This document shows positions 39,104-51,584 of a stretch of 64,000 bases of DNA, in pieces. Source of the DNA: Nageia nagi (Eukaryota > Plantae > Pinophyta); contig JBITNC010000001.1 in NCBI GenBank assembly GCA_050084985.1, positions 139,810,001 through 139,874,000 on the forward strand. The letters run 5' to 3'. The notes beneath the pieces are model-generated. The model made no database searches. It was given only the letters and a program-made list of their open reading frames with translations, and was not told where the DNA came from. The first letter of the stretch is position 1, and the number at the start of each line of letters is the position of its first letter. Both the position numbers and the translations under genes were made by a program.

Positions 39104-39729
39104 TATAGATAGGAAATTATGTTCAATGCAATAAACATGACACTATTTCTCTACAACTCAAATATTGAAATATACATCTAATATATACCAGTTATTGCAA
39201 TAATAAATAATATACCTTATTAGATATGATAATATTATTCATAATCAATACCCTCATATAATCTATATGACTATATCATCACATGAATGATGTCAATGAC
39301 CCTAGCACTAGCATGCCATCGATAATGCAAAGCATTAAGAATCATATGCATGAATAAAGATATAAGAAATGTAATGAAAGTATAATAAAAATTATGTGAA
39401 TAGATGATGTTACAAAATATCATTGTTATTCAAACATATGATATAAATAAATTTTCTTATCCATTTGATAATGATCTTCTCATGTGTCAATATTTTCCTT
39501 GATATTATTTTATAGCCATGTCTGGATCTTCTCCCTATCTTGGTATCATCACATATTACATAATTTATGATGCCTTTATGGGTATTTGATACCACTTACA
39601 TTATTTGGTGTTCCTTTTACATTAAATATATTACCTTTTATGTATTTCAACCTTTTTTTATATTTAATATATTTTAATGTAATAAAAATTAATTATTAAT
39701 AAATGAGAATTTATTTTTAAGAATCTACA
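39104..39729 (-). repeat. 3' LTR of Tat element 2
   Basis: Aligns end to end with 46984-47607 and abuts the PPT. Confidence 0.9.
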
Positions 39730-40751
39730 TTTTGCACCTCTTTATAGGTGTAATGAAATGTATTGAGTTACATATCCAAAGAAGAAGAGTAGAAGAAATT
39801 TTTTGAGAACTTTGAACTCTTTATTTAACAACATAATATTTTGATATAGGCCCCTTCACTATCCCCTTTTGGTTTGGTTTCCCAAGGAAAGCTCCTTTGT
39901 TGGTGCAACCAAGACAAATTGCCATTACACATTTCCCCTTGTTATACTTTAGTATGGAATGAATTTGTCCTTTATCTTTGGAGTCTAACATCTTAGTTTC
40001 CATATCTGGATATAGAGAAGGTTTGTTTAAGTGTTCTACTTATTTTGGTATATAATAAACAACACCAATGATGTTTCATCTATGCTTTTATGCTATGGAT
40101 GCTTTAAATCCTTTGAAAATTTATTTATTTATTTATTTTTTAATCTGTAGAGGGAAACCATATTAGAAAAATACCCTAACAAATGATTGCATTAGAAATA
40201 TAGCAGAGTTTGTGGATACATAGTGAAATGCATCATTCATTGGTTATGGACCAATATCAACATTCTCACTTATATTTGTATCACTGATTTGCATTTAAGT
40301 GAGTGAACTCTCACTAGCTATTTCATTGGCCATCGATGATTAGGCATTTTATGTCCTTGTTTGAAAGAGATTATGCTTTTAAGGCTATAAGCATAGCCAT
40401 TTTGGATACACAATAAGGTGCATTGTTCATTAGGTATGGGTCAATTTCAACATCCTTACTTATGGTTGCATCACCTATTTACATTTAAGTGAGTAAAAAA
40501 TCACTAGTTGTATCATTATCCATCGATAATCAGGCATTTTATGTCCTTGATCCAATGATATTATGCTTACTACTTTTTTTGTATTTTTGTTTTCCTATTT
40601 CAATTACATGATGTTAGTTATGTGCAAGCAATAAATACAACATCAATGTTACTTTAAAATAAAAAATACAACTTGAAATTGAAATGAAATGTAATATACA
40701 TGTACCTCATCTAGATACATCATTGATTTTTGAGGTATGAACCTATGTACT

Positions 40752-43700
40752 TCATGCATAGAAATTTTTAAGGTGGAGACATTGAAGGGTTTTTATTCTT
40801 CTTTGCCATCTATTGAAGATAATTTGTATACACCTGATCTTGTAGCTTCTACCACAACAAAATGTCCAAAACCAATTTGGTTCAAATTTTCCTTTTACCT
40901 CATCATTTGTAGTAGTCTTGTTAATGTTTTCTTTTAGTACCAAGTTTCCTACTTGGAAGTTTTTTAGCTTGATATTTTTTCTAAAGGCTCTTTTTAATAT
41001 TGCATGATATGCCTTTTAGTATTCAATCTTATGAATTATTTTCTCATTAAGAGCTTCTAACTATTGCAATCTTACTTGTCTAGCAACTTCATCTTGTATA
41101 TCTCTTTGTAATGATATTCTTAAACATGGAATTTAAAGTTCTAATAGCATAACTAACTCATCACTATAAACCAATGAGAATGGATTTTCCCTTATTGATG
41201 TTCTTATGCTTTTTCGATATTCCCATAATACATATCATAATTATTTATGCCAATCTCTTTTGTATGTATCTCATAGTTTTCTAGTACGCTCTTTATTATT
41301 CTATTTGATGCCTCTCCTTGTACATTTCCTTATGGGTAGTAAATTGAACAAAACTTTCTATGAATATGAATTTTTTTACAAAAAGCTTTCATTTCCTTGC
41401 CTTTAAAGTTTGGTCCATTATCCTTTATCAATTACTATGGGGCACCAAACCTTGTTATAATGTTCTCAATCAGGAAATTTATAATCTTTTCTTGTGTTAC
41501 TTATTTCATTAGGATTGCCTCTATCCATTTTATCATATATTTTGTTACTGCGATGATAAATGTTTTCCCTTCTCTAGAATATTGATTTATCAAACTAATT
41601 ATGTCAATACCCTAAATTGCAAAGGGTCAATGTGATACTATTGAGTTGAGCTCATGTGTTGGCTATTTTTCAAGATTTACATACTTTTGGCACTCCAAAC
41701 AATTTCTAACATGATCCTTGCAATCTTCTTCCATTGTAGGATAATAATACCCTATTCATAGGACCTTTGTATATAATGTTTTTGAATAGAAATTCCCCCC
41801 ACATATTCCTTCATGTGCTTGTTATAGTGCTATTTCTATTTTTTGATGTGTTAGGCATCCCAATAGGGCTCCATCAAATGATATTTTGTACAATATATCT
41901 CCAATGATGATATACTTAAGGGTTCTCTTTAGTATTACCTTTTCATTTCTATTAAAAGTTTCTAGAATAACTTGATCTTTGAGATAATTGTAGACATCTC
42001 CATACTATCTTGGGCAACTCTGTTCTTGTAAAATACAATAAAATTCCACCTCTTCCTCTTTGTATGAACAATATGGCTAACCTAATATTTTTATTTTGAG
42101 GATTATCTCCTCATCCTCTCTATCTATAGGTATTTAGGAAGCAACACTTGCCATTGCATAAGCATACCCATTATTTTTCCTTAGAATATTCTCAATTGTA
42201 TAATTGTCAAAATAATTCAATATATCTAAAATTGCTTCTTTATATGGTTTTATCCTTTCATCATTTGTGTTGTAGATATCTTCAACTTGGTTAACTACAA
42301 ACTTTGAATCACCATATATGTTCAATTTTCTAATCTTTAAAAGTGTGATAGGCCTTATACCCAACACTAATGCTTCATAGTCTATCATATTGTTAGTAGA
42401 CTTGAATCTAAGTTTATATGCCATTGGGATTACATCATTGGTTGGAGATACTAGTACAATACCTACTCCAACCCCATGTGTACACTTAGAACCATCAAAA
42501 TATAATGTCAATATCTTTGGTTCATCTTCTATATAATAAACAAATTCATTAGAGATTTCCCATTTATCATCATAATGGTATGGATGTGCATCACCACATC
42601 ATCACACTCTAAAGGAGGTGTATACTGATCATAATTATATGATAATTCTTCATGTATAACTACCCCATCATTCTGAGGAACTCTACTATCAAGTATGCTA
42701 TTCCTTGACCTTTATTAACTTTTTCTTTATTACATTGATATCAAATTATTGTAATAACATTAACTATTTTACTACTTTTCTTGATAAATATTGCTTATCT
42801 ATAAGATATTTCAATAGTGTTACTAGACTAACAACATATGTAGTACAATACAATAAATAATGGCTCAACTTGCAAAAAATATACCAAAATAGAGTTTTTT
42901 CATAGGAGTGTACCTTATTTTATATTCTATTAGAGTTTTGCTAAGGTAATATATTGCTCTTTCTTTCTTCTCATCATCTTGTTGGTATAAAATTTCCCCA
43001 AATAAACCATTGTAGCTAAGATATAGAGATATGCTTCCTTGCTAAAATCCATGGGTACTAAAATAGGAGGATTAAGCAAATATTATTTTATATCCTAAAA
43101 TGCTTTGTGACATTTACATTCCATATAAATTTGATATCTTTTTTTAACAAATGAGTAAAAGGCAAACATTTATCTCCAAGCTATGAAATAAATCTCCTTA
43201 TCAAGTTTATCTTACCTTGCAGAATCGTTAATTACTTTAAGTTTTTTGGAGGTGGTATACTTACAATTGCATTTACTTTTTTGGGATCCATCTCAATACC
43301 TTTTCTGGAAATAATAAATCCCAATAGCTTTCCTCAAGTAACACCAAAGTCACATTTTTATGGTTTTAATCAGAGCTTGTACTTCTTAGAGATACCAAAT
43401 ACCTCTTGAAGGAGTTCCAAATGATCATGTTCCTATTTAAACTTTACCAATATATCATCAACATAAACCTCTATATACTTGTGAATTTTTTCATTAAACA
43501 TAGTAACCATTGCATGTTGATAAGTTGCACCTGCATTTTTCATTCCAAACAACATGAATTTCCAATAAAAATTTCCCATGGTGTAGTAAAGGTTATTTTT
43601 ATATTAATCAGCTGGATTAATTAAAATTTAATTATAACCAAAAAACCCATCCATAAAAGATAATGTATCATGACTAGCAATGCTATCCACAATCATATCA

Positions 43701-46700
43701 ATATTTAGAAAAGGGAAATAATCTTTTGGGCATGCATTATTGATATCCCTAAAGTTAATACAGATTTGTATTTTTTGAATTAGTTTAGTAAGAGGAACAA
43801 TATTAGCCATCCATTCCAAATAATCTATAGGTATAATAAAAATAGTATTCAAATACTTTTCATTTTTCCTTCTTGACTAACATTGCTTTTGATGGATGCA
43901 TCTTCCTGGATTTTTGCTTGACATATTTTGCATCTTTTTTAAGTGGTAAACTATGCATGATAAAATATGTATCTAAAATAGTCATATTAGAATAAGACTA
44001 CGCAAATTTTTTGTTACATTAAATGAACTTATTTTTGTATCTCTCATGGTGTGGTATTTGAAGGACAACTCCAATTTTTATCCTCTCTTGATCACTTGTT
44101 CCAATATTAACATCTATCAATTCTTCAACTAAAAATATGGACTCATATTTTATAACAATGAAGGTAACTCCAATTTTGGTATCTCTTGGCTATTAATATC
44201 ATCTTCATTAACTTGCTAAACTTGAAACACTTCATTAAAATTTATCTTTTATCCAAAATAACCACATTGAATAAGGGCATAATTTGGTTACCTTTTTGGA
44301 TTTGATTTGGGTAATTCTAAATGTACCCCTATGTAATATAATATGTCATTATTAATAACAAAGTAATCAAATTCAAGTGGTATAGTATCATCTATCCATA
44401 TTTCCTCATCAATTTCATCACAAAGCTCTATCATATTACATTATGAAATAAACTTAATATATATTCTAATTTGTTTGGTATTCTAATCACTAACCAATTC
44501 CTTCTTATCTTTTAATTTCTTAAATTACTAGAAAAATAAGACATTCTTTGCTCTAATTTTCTTAATCCTCCCCCTTTGTATTTGTAATTGTTAACCATGT
44601 ATGTATGCATAAAAGGATATGGGAAAGAATTACCTGTATTTCTATTTTGTATTTTTTCCTTTTGTTGGATGGGGTTTGGATATAGGGATATTGCCAAAAA
44701 AGAACTGCTCATTTATCCTTCACTTTCATGGTGTTTATTCCCTAAATTTTCTTTAGCATGATGGGTACATCTAGATTTGTTTACAATTTTTAGATGGACC
44801 AAGTCTTTTACTAAAGCTAACGGGTTAAAATTCTCAATTCTATATGTTACCATATCTAAGTCTACTACTTTTACCTCTTTTTTTGCTTTTATTAATGCTG
44901 ATTCTACCTCCAATGGAACTACATGAAGCTTGAGATAATTTAAATCCAACCCTTCAATATCCAAATCTACCAAATTGCATAGTGCATATGGTTTTGGATC
45001 CCTTATGATTGTATGTATATTTCCTTCTTATTCATATTTTAAATGACCATGTATTATTGAAGGTACTAGATCCATATCATGTAACCAAGGTCTTTCTAGG
45101 AGGAGATTATATGAAAGCTTTCCACTCATAACATTAAATTTTATTTGGATAGTTTTGATATCCAATGTAATCTATAGTGTAACTAAGCCAAGTGATTTTT
45201 TGGTTGAATTATCATATGCTCATATTCAAAAAGTTGGTTCTTCTAGGGGTGGGACATTTACATTGTTGCTTTCAAATTTTGTTGTAAGAACTTTTGGGAA
45301 CAAATATTAATAGCTAAACTAGGATCTACCATTGCTCATTTTATTTCTAAATCATGGATAATTGGTGTAATAAAAAGTGCTAGCCATTTAGCTATTAGTT
45401 CTATTCTAACCTTTTTATATCTAAAGAAGGAGATAACATCACAATCTTTAATGGATTAAAGTTTTTCAAAAAACATAGTAGTAGAGATATTGTTAGGAAC
45501 CATTTATTTTCTGAAAAAATCATATAAGACTTCTCTATATTTTCCAAATATACTAATGAGATCATACAAGCTAATTTTAGCAAGAGTGGTTTTTTAACTA
45601 TTCAATCATGATATAAGCTCTTGGATCTGGTGGAAGACGTACATGTTCATTTATCACTAGATTTTGATATGGATGTGAATTGGATCTTAGATGTCCTCTT
45701 CTAAGTGTGGTGTAAATCTTTTCATCCACTAATATTGTATTCACTACATGATCCAAATTTAAATAATTTTCATTAATTTCATGCTTTCCTTGAGCAATGA
45801 GATCCAATATATCTACCTCAAGAGCCTTACAATAATTCATAGGATGCCCTCTTCTTTGATGATATATATAATAAGCATCTCAATTCTCCATTGAAACATT
45901 GCCATCTTCTTATTTTCTTTCTAATGACCTTAACAAGCCCTTTTTAATAAAATCTTGTAAAATGAACTTAAGTGGAATATGGAATGTAAATGTATGACTC
46001 CTTATTATATTGGATCTTGTAAGGGTTTGTTTTTTAGCCATAGTCATATACTTTTATTCCTTTTTCAAATTTTATATTTTACTTTCTTTGTTCCATGTTG
46101 TACTTGCATATTTGAGTGATGTAAGCTCAATCAATATATTTTCTTTTAACGTTGCTTTTTTAGTCATTACTTTAAAATCCAATTCAATATAATCAAGAGC
46201 ATGTTGCTTTAGAATTAGAAGAAAAAAATCAATAAGGATACCATAAATTGCTTTTTTGTCTAAATGAATATGAATAATTTTCCATACCTTTTTTGAACCA
46301 TGAGATATACTTCTCCAGTGTCTCATAATTTACTTGATGTACTACACACAACTCTATAACTATACTCTATCCTTTAACATTATGCTTATATTGTTCCATG
46401 AATACTTTTACTAATGATTGAAATGAATCAATAGATCCTTCAGCAATATTATAGAACCACTAACTAGCATCACCTTTCAAACTCCTTGGGAATAACTTTA
46501 TCATCAATTTCTCCTCAAATCCTAGTTTCAACAAGCACTCTTGAAATATAATAAGATGCTACTTTGGATCTTGTTCACCATTGAATATCTCAAATTTGGA
46601 GGCCTATAAATTGAGTTAAAGGGAATAATTATGGATAACTACTATCAAGAGTATGGTAAATACACCATCCAAGTATTCACTACTATTTTAAGATCTAATA
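40752..46700 (-). pseudogene. gag-pol relic of Tat element 2
   Basis: Colinear ORF fragments as listed for the element, with numerous stops. Confidence 0.85.
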
Positions 46701-46983
46701 TTTTCTAACTTTGTAATTCTTGCCATTATATCAGCTAAAATATTTTAACTATTACTAGTTGGTGCCTATGGATTTGGATCAAACTAATTCATAGTCTTTA
46801 TTAGGATTGTTATCACCTAATTCAAGTTGAGCATCATCTAAGTCAAGTCTTGAGGCATTATGATGTCAATGCCTTATAGTCATGTAAAACACAGATTGAA
46901 CAAAGCTAGATTTGTTTCATAATTTTTTACAAAATTTTAACTGCAAGGGAAAAGATCATTTGAAATAGTGGGTTCACTAAAAA

Positions 46984-47607
46984 TGTAGACAAGAAATAAT
47001 GCATGATGCAATAAATATGACACTATTTCTCTACAACTCAAATATTGAAATATATATATATAATATACTAGTCATTGCAATAATAAATAGTGTACCTTAT
47101 TAGATCTAATAACCTTAATAATAATTAACACCTTCATATAATTTCTATTAATATAGTCATCATATGAATGATGTCAATGACCCTAGCACTAGCATGTCAC
47201 TGATGATGCAAAACATTGAAAAATCAAATACATGAAAAAGATATAAGAAATGCAATGAAGGGATAATAATAAATCTATGAATAGGTGGTGTTACAATACC
47301 ATTGTTATTCAAAACTATGATATGCATGAAGTTTTTTGTTTAGTTGATGATGATATCCTCATGTGTTAATATTTTCCTTTATATTGTTTTATACCCATAT
47401 TTAGATCTTCTCCCTATCTTAGTATCATCACATATTACATAGTTGATGATGCCTTCATGGCATTTGATACCACTTACATTGTTTGGTGGTTCTTTTACAT
47501 TAAATACATTGCCTTGGGTGTATTTCAACCCCATTTTATAATTAATAACTCTTGATTTAATAAAAATGAATTATTAATAAATGAAAATTCATTTTTAAGC
47601 ATCTACA
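46984..47607 (-). repeat. 5' LTR of Tat element 2
   Basis: TGTAGA...TCTACA termini; abuts the PBS-like sequence. Confidence 0.9.
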
Positions 47608-48600
47608 CATCCATTACACCCAAATACAATAAAATATCTTCAAAAACAAACACATATTCTTGGAAATTTATCACTTTTCATCAAGGGATGCATTTAACTT
47701 TAACCTTCATTGTTAAGAAGTTGGAATCTGGTCGGGTGAAATATATTAAGTATCAAACCAATATGTACCCTCATGCCCAACTATATTCCCTAACATAAGC
47801 TCTAAGTAATCAATTGATAATGGTCCTAGGTTTATGTATATATTACTTTTGTAAACTCTTAATTGAAAAAAATATTCACCAACAATCAATCTAATTGTAC
47901 ACTTCATGATTTTATAAAGAAATCACTTCCAAAGCTTCTTTAGACAACTACTTTATCTAATTGGTTGTGCTAAATCATCTTTAAAGTATTCATTATTATG
48001 TCTAAAAGAGATAAGAATATTGATTCCATACATCACATTTTTATGATAATCATGTGGATCAAATGGCCTCCAACTCACTTAATACAAATAAAACTTATCC
48101 ATTTTAGAACTAGAATTCACCAAATATTGGTGGGAACTAAGTAGGTAAAAACTAAATTTACAAGGTAAATATAACCATAGGATATTATTGAATTTCTTTA
48201 CCATTTTAACCCTAGCATCTTTTGCACTTTGCCTAACCAATTCCAACATAACCAAAGAAATAGGATATGCTATTGCAAGAGGCTTGAGTGGGACTTTTGT
48301 ACCATAAAACTTGATAAATGATAATTATTTTGTGATAAAGTATTCACCAAGCCTAGGAATAAAATTCACTAGGGATCTATTGATGTGTGGTATTGATTTT
48401 CCTTTTATGATAATATGTAACTTTGGCATAATATGACAATAAAATAATCTTTTTCCATCATGACTTAGGTTTTGGTGAATTAAGTTCCACATACTTTGAA
48501 TACAACTAAACTCTGCAACCTCTATCATATATATGACTTCATGTGGTAGTTGGTATTAGAGGAAATGTATAAAAATTGAATAATGTGAGAACTTTGGTAT
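47608..48600 (-). mobile_element. Degenerate LINE ORF2, 5' (endonuclease) part; probable continuation of 37300-39103
   Basis: Weak relics only: LD-K/R-type motif ~47950-47970, YG.K-like ~48290-48310, FG/E.IF-like ~47630-47650. Confidence 0.4.
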
Positions 48601-48859
48601 AATCAAGTCATACTCTTTGATAGCTTGTTTAAGCTCTATCAACTTAATATGCATTTTGTTACATATCCATGTGCCCTAATTAAATATTTCTATTCTAAAA
48701 GTTAGGGTGTTTGTAGGAACTCAAAATATTCATAATTAGAAAGAGGATGAATACATTTCTAGGAAAAACCAAAGTATCAACATCTAAGAAAGATATCATG
48801 AAAAAAGAGTTGAGCAAATAATGAATCTTGCTTGAAGATAGTTTTATTTTTGTAGTGTA

Positions 48860-49690
48860 GTTTTAGCATTAGTTTTTATTTCATAGTATTACAAAAATAC
48901 TTAGTTAATTCTTCATCTTTCTTCTTAAGGAGTTAGTAAAATTTTGAGTATCATTTTTTAAAGTAACTAGAGTTTACAAAGTAGGGTTGTAGAGATAGTT
49001 TAGGGTTTCATAGTAAATAGGGGTTTTGGAGGATGTAACCAGCTCGAAGCATTATAAAAGTTAGAATAGAAGTCATTTTATTTAGTAGTAGTGTAGATAT
49101 AAATAGATAGATAGATAGAGATCTCACCACTAGAGCTTTAAATCTTTGAATTTTGTAAAAGGAAAAGTATTTGAATAAAAAAAATCATTATTTCATTATC
49201 ATTGAGTTTTATTTTCTTATGAGATTATTATTGGGTAAAAGAAATGATTATGTATTGCTATATAGTAATCCTTTCTTTTCCTTTAAGATATTTTAATGTA
49301 CTTTTTCAAGCATTAAGAAGTGAATTTAGTAATGTTTGTGAAAGTAGGTTGAATTTAATGTAAGTTATTAACAACACTTAGATAAAATCTTGAGAAAATG
49401 CAAATGAAATAAATTCAAGTGTGAGGTGACTAAGTGATATGAAATCTCATTGAGTTAAAACAACATTGCAAGAGCTTTTTTAGGTAACTTGAAAACATAA
49501 ATAATCATTTCACTTAGTTAATATGTGGGAATGAATATTTATTTAAGCGAGGGTAGTTGATGAAAACAATGGAACAAATCCCTTACATAAGAAAAGATGC
49601 TTATTGCTAATTAAGTACCATGTAATTAAAAAGGAGGATCATAGATCCTTTCCTATACTATTTTTCTTCCTGATAAGAAAAGTAATTAAT
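48860..49690 (+). repeat. Dispersed repeat copy B; partner at ~12540-13415
   Basis: Same colinear blocks as copy A. Confidence 0.75.
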
Positions 49691-51184
49691 AGAATTGGTA
49701 ACTTCATTGGGGATCACGTTATTCAATACCTTGATAAAAATTAACGACGTCAAATTACTTCGTTGACACTATTCAAAGAAAACTTAGAAGTTTTTCTAAG
49801 TATAAAAAACAAAAATAAACATTTAGAATTTACCTTTTTTGAAAATGGAAACCTCTAGACGAAAATTAATAACACTATAAGCATTGAAGTGTATACATTC
49901 TACTAATTGATTTTATTTAGAATAAGCTTAACCGCATATATTCCTTGAATATATATTGCCTGATATATGCTTTGAATATATATTATCTGTTATGATCTGA
50001 GATCAAGAATGAACTATTGTGAACCATAGATAGTAGGATTTGATCAAATGATGAACATGTGTTCTTGAGTATTAATTACTTCTAATGGATATATAAATAC
50101 AAAATCTCATGACTTGTGAGCATCATTTTACCTTGTCCAGACGAGTGACCAATACATATGAACCACCCTAGGTGGGGCGATGTCCATCTGTTCTGAGAGG
50201 TGCTAGTTTGTGACAGGAAACTCCATGATATTACAAATTTCTTGCTTTTGGGTCTTGCACCCGTCAATCGGTGTATATGACGTTGGGTATTTAAGCTTTA
50301 TTTCATAAAGGAGGGAGATGGTGGACACGACTTGGGGTGGTAGGACTTCCACTATGATGTTGGATTACGGTGGAGGGCTACCAAAAATGAGAATTTGAGA
50401 AGCTCTCTATTGATTATGCTAAGACTCAAGACCATTATATAAGTTTTGTTGGCATCATCAAAGATCTTGGTGGCACGCCAAGGGATCCTTAACGTTGGCT
50501 TGGTAGTGGCAAGGAAAGCATCCACCATGTAACATACACTTTCCCTCTCTTTCTCCTCGTCTTCTACTTAATATCTTTGTTATGCCTACCCATCAATACA
50601 GGCTACTTCTCTCATGAATCTATCTGTCAGTGAAATCCCTTACTAAAATATCTTAACCCATCCGATGATTCCTCTAGCTCTGGGTATGAAGTTGCATCGC
50701 CTTTCATGGAGCACACTGCTTGACTGCATTATTGAGGATATTTGGAGGTCATATTATCTGAAACATATTCCTAAATTCAATTAATTTATTTGAATCATGT
50801 GCAATTTAACATGGATTATTTGGTGGGTGTTGATATTTCTTTTGCAAAAGGGGTGACATCCCCATTAAGAAGAGGATAAGGGAATTGTTCTATTAGAAGG
50901 AGCGTTCGACAAGTGGATTTGAAGTAAATGTGTGCATATTACTTATTTTTTATTTTGTTCGAGGCATTTTCTTTGTATGCATCACACTGTGTTTCTAAGT
51001 AAGTTTCTTTCTTTTTCTTTTATTTCAGATTCCCTCCATTCTAAGAACTCTCATCATGATATATTTTTTTACTTGTTTATTTGTTTGCAATAGCTTTTGT
51101 TAGGGAAAGGGCATTTAAAATACTTCATGGTATTTAGGTTTGTATGTCGATACATATTTATTTTCTCATTTGTGTAACATGCTA

Positions 51185-51584
51185 AGGTCCTGTTAAGCGT
51201 TGATCAAGAGACGTTCGGGCTCATCAAATAGGCCAAGTAGATTTCAAACAAGTTCCTAAGGATGCAGTAGGACCGTTTCCTAATATTTATCATCGTTATC
51301 TGCTTGTTCATGCCATCACAAGCGACACCATCCCAAAAATAGGGATTTTCATCCCTCCCATTCCAGTCAAAAAAATGGGTCACTGAAAACAAAGCTCCCA
51401 TTTCTGGATATGGAATTCTTGAGCTTTAGCAGTGCCAAGTAGTACGACATCAGTGAGCTAAAAAGAAGAAGGGGGCGTAACAACAATAAATGATGGAGAC
51501 ACAGAAGAGAAAATATTGAAGGCCCCATAGAGAAGTTATGCTACTCAGCATTATTGTTGTGGTAGCATTGGCTTCCCCATTCAT
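51185..51584 (-). pseudogene. 5' fragment of an LRR receptor-like kinase/protein (signal peptide plus LRRNT_2 cap), frameshifted
   Basis: Minus strand: MNGEA..MLSSITSLWGLQYFLFCVSIIYCCYA, frameshift, YLALLKLKNSISRNGSFVFSDPFF, frameshift in a T-run, DWNGRDENPYFWDGVACDGMNKQITMINI, later ..QRLTGP. A TATA-like CTATAAA is at ~51622-51628. Confidence 0.7.

Larger units (their letters stand above)
39104..47607 (-). mobile_element. Full-length degenerate Tat/Ogre-like Ty3/gypsy element 2
   Basis: Paired ~625-bp LTRs; PBS-like TTTTAGTGAACCCAC; PPT AAAGAGGTGCAAAA. Coding relics: gag, protease, RT (WMANIVP..K....ICINFRDINNACPKD.FP..NID..VD...H..LSFMDGF.GYN), RH, aRH (LYFDGS..GVGIVLVSP..TNNM.DYEAL..IYGDS..VVNQV) and integrase (KGKFEPNW). 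Flanks CCTCT/CATCC are a decayed TSD at best. Confidence 0.92.

Noticed and set aside
50451-50480. GGCATCATCAAAGATC resembling miR172*
   Set aside because: No matching mature AGAATCTTGATGATGCTGCA arm or precursor-length hairpin nearby.
51405-51426. Possible miR390/TAS3 site (..TCTTGAGCTT)
   Set aside because: Only the last ~9 nt resemble the target, and no convincing tasiARF or second site was found.
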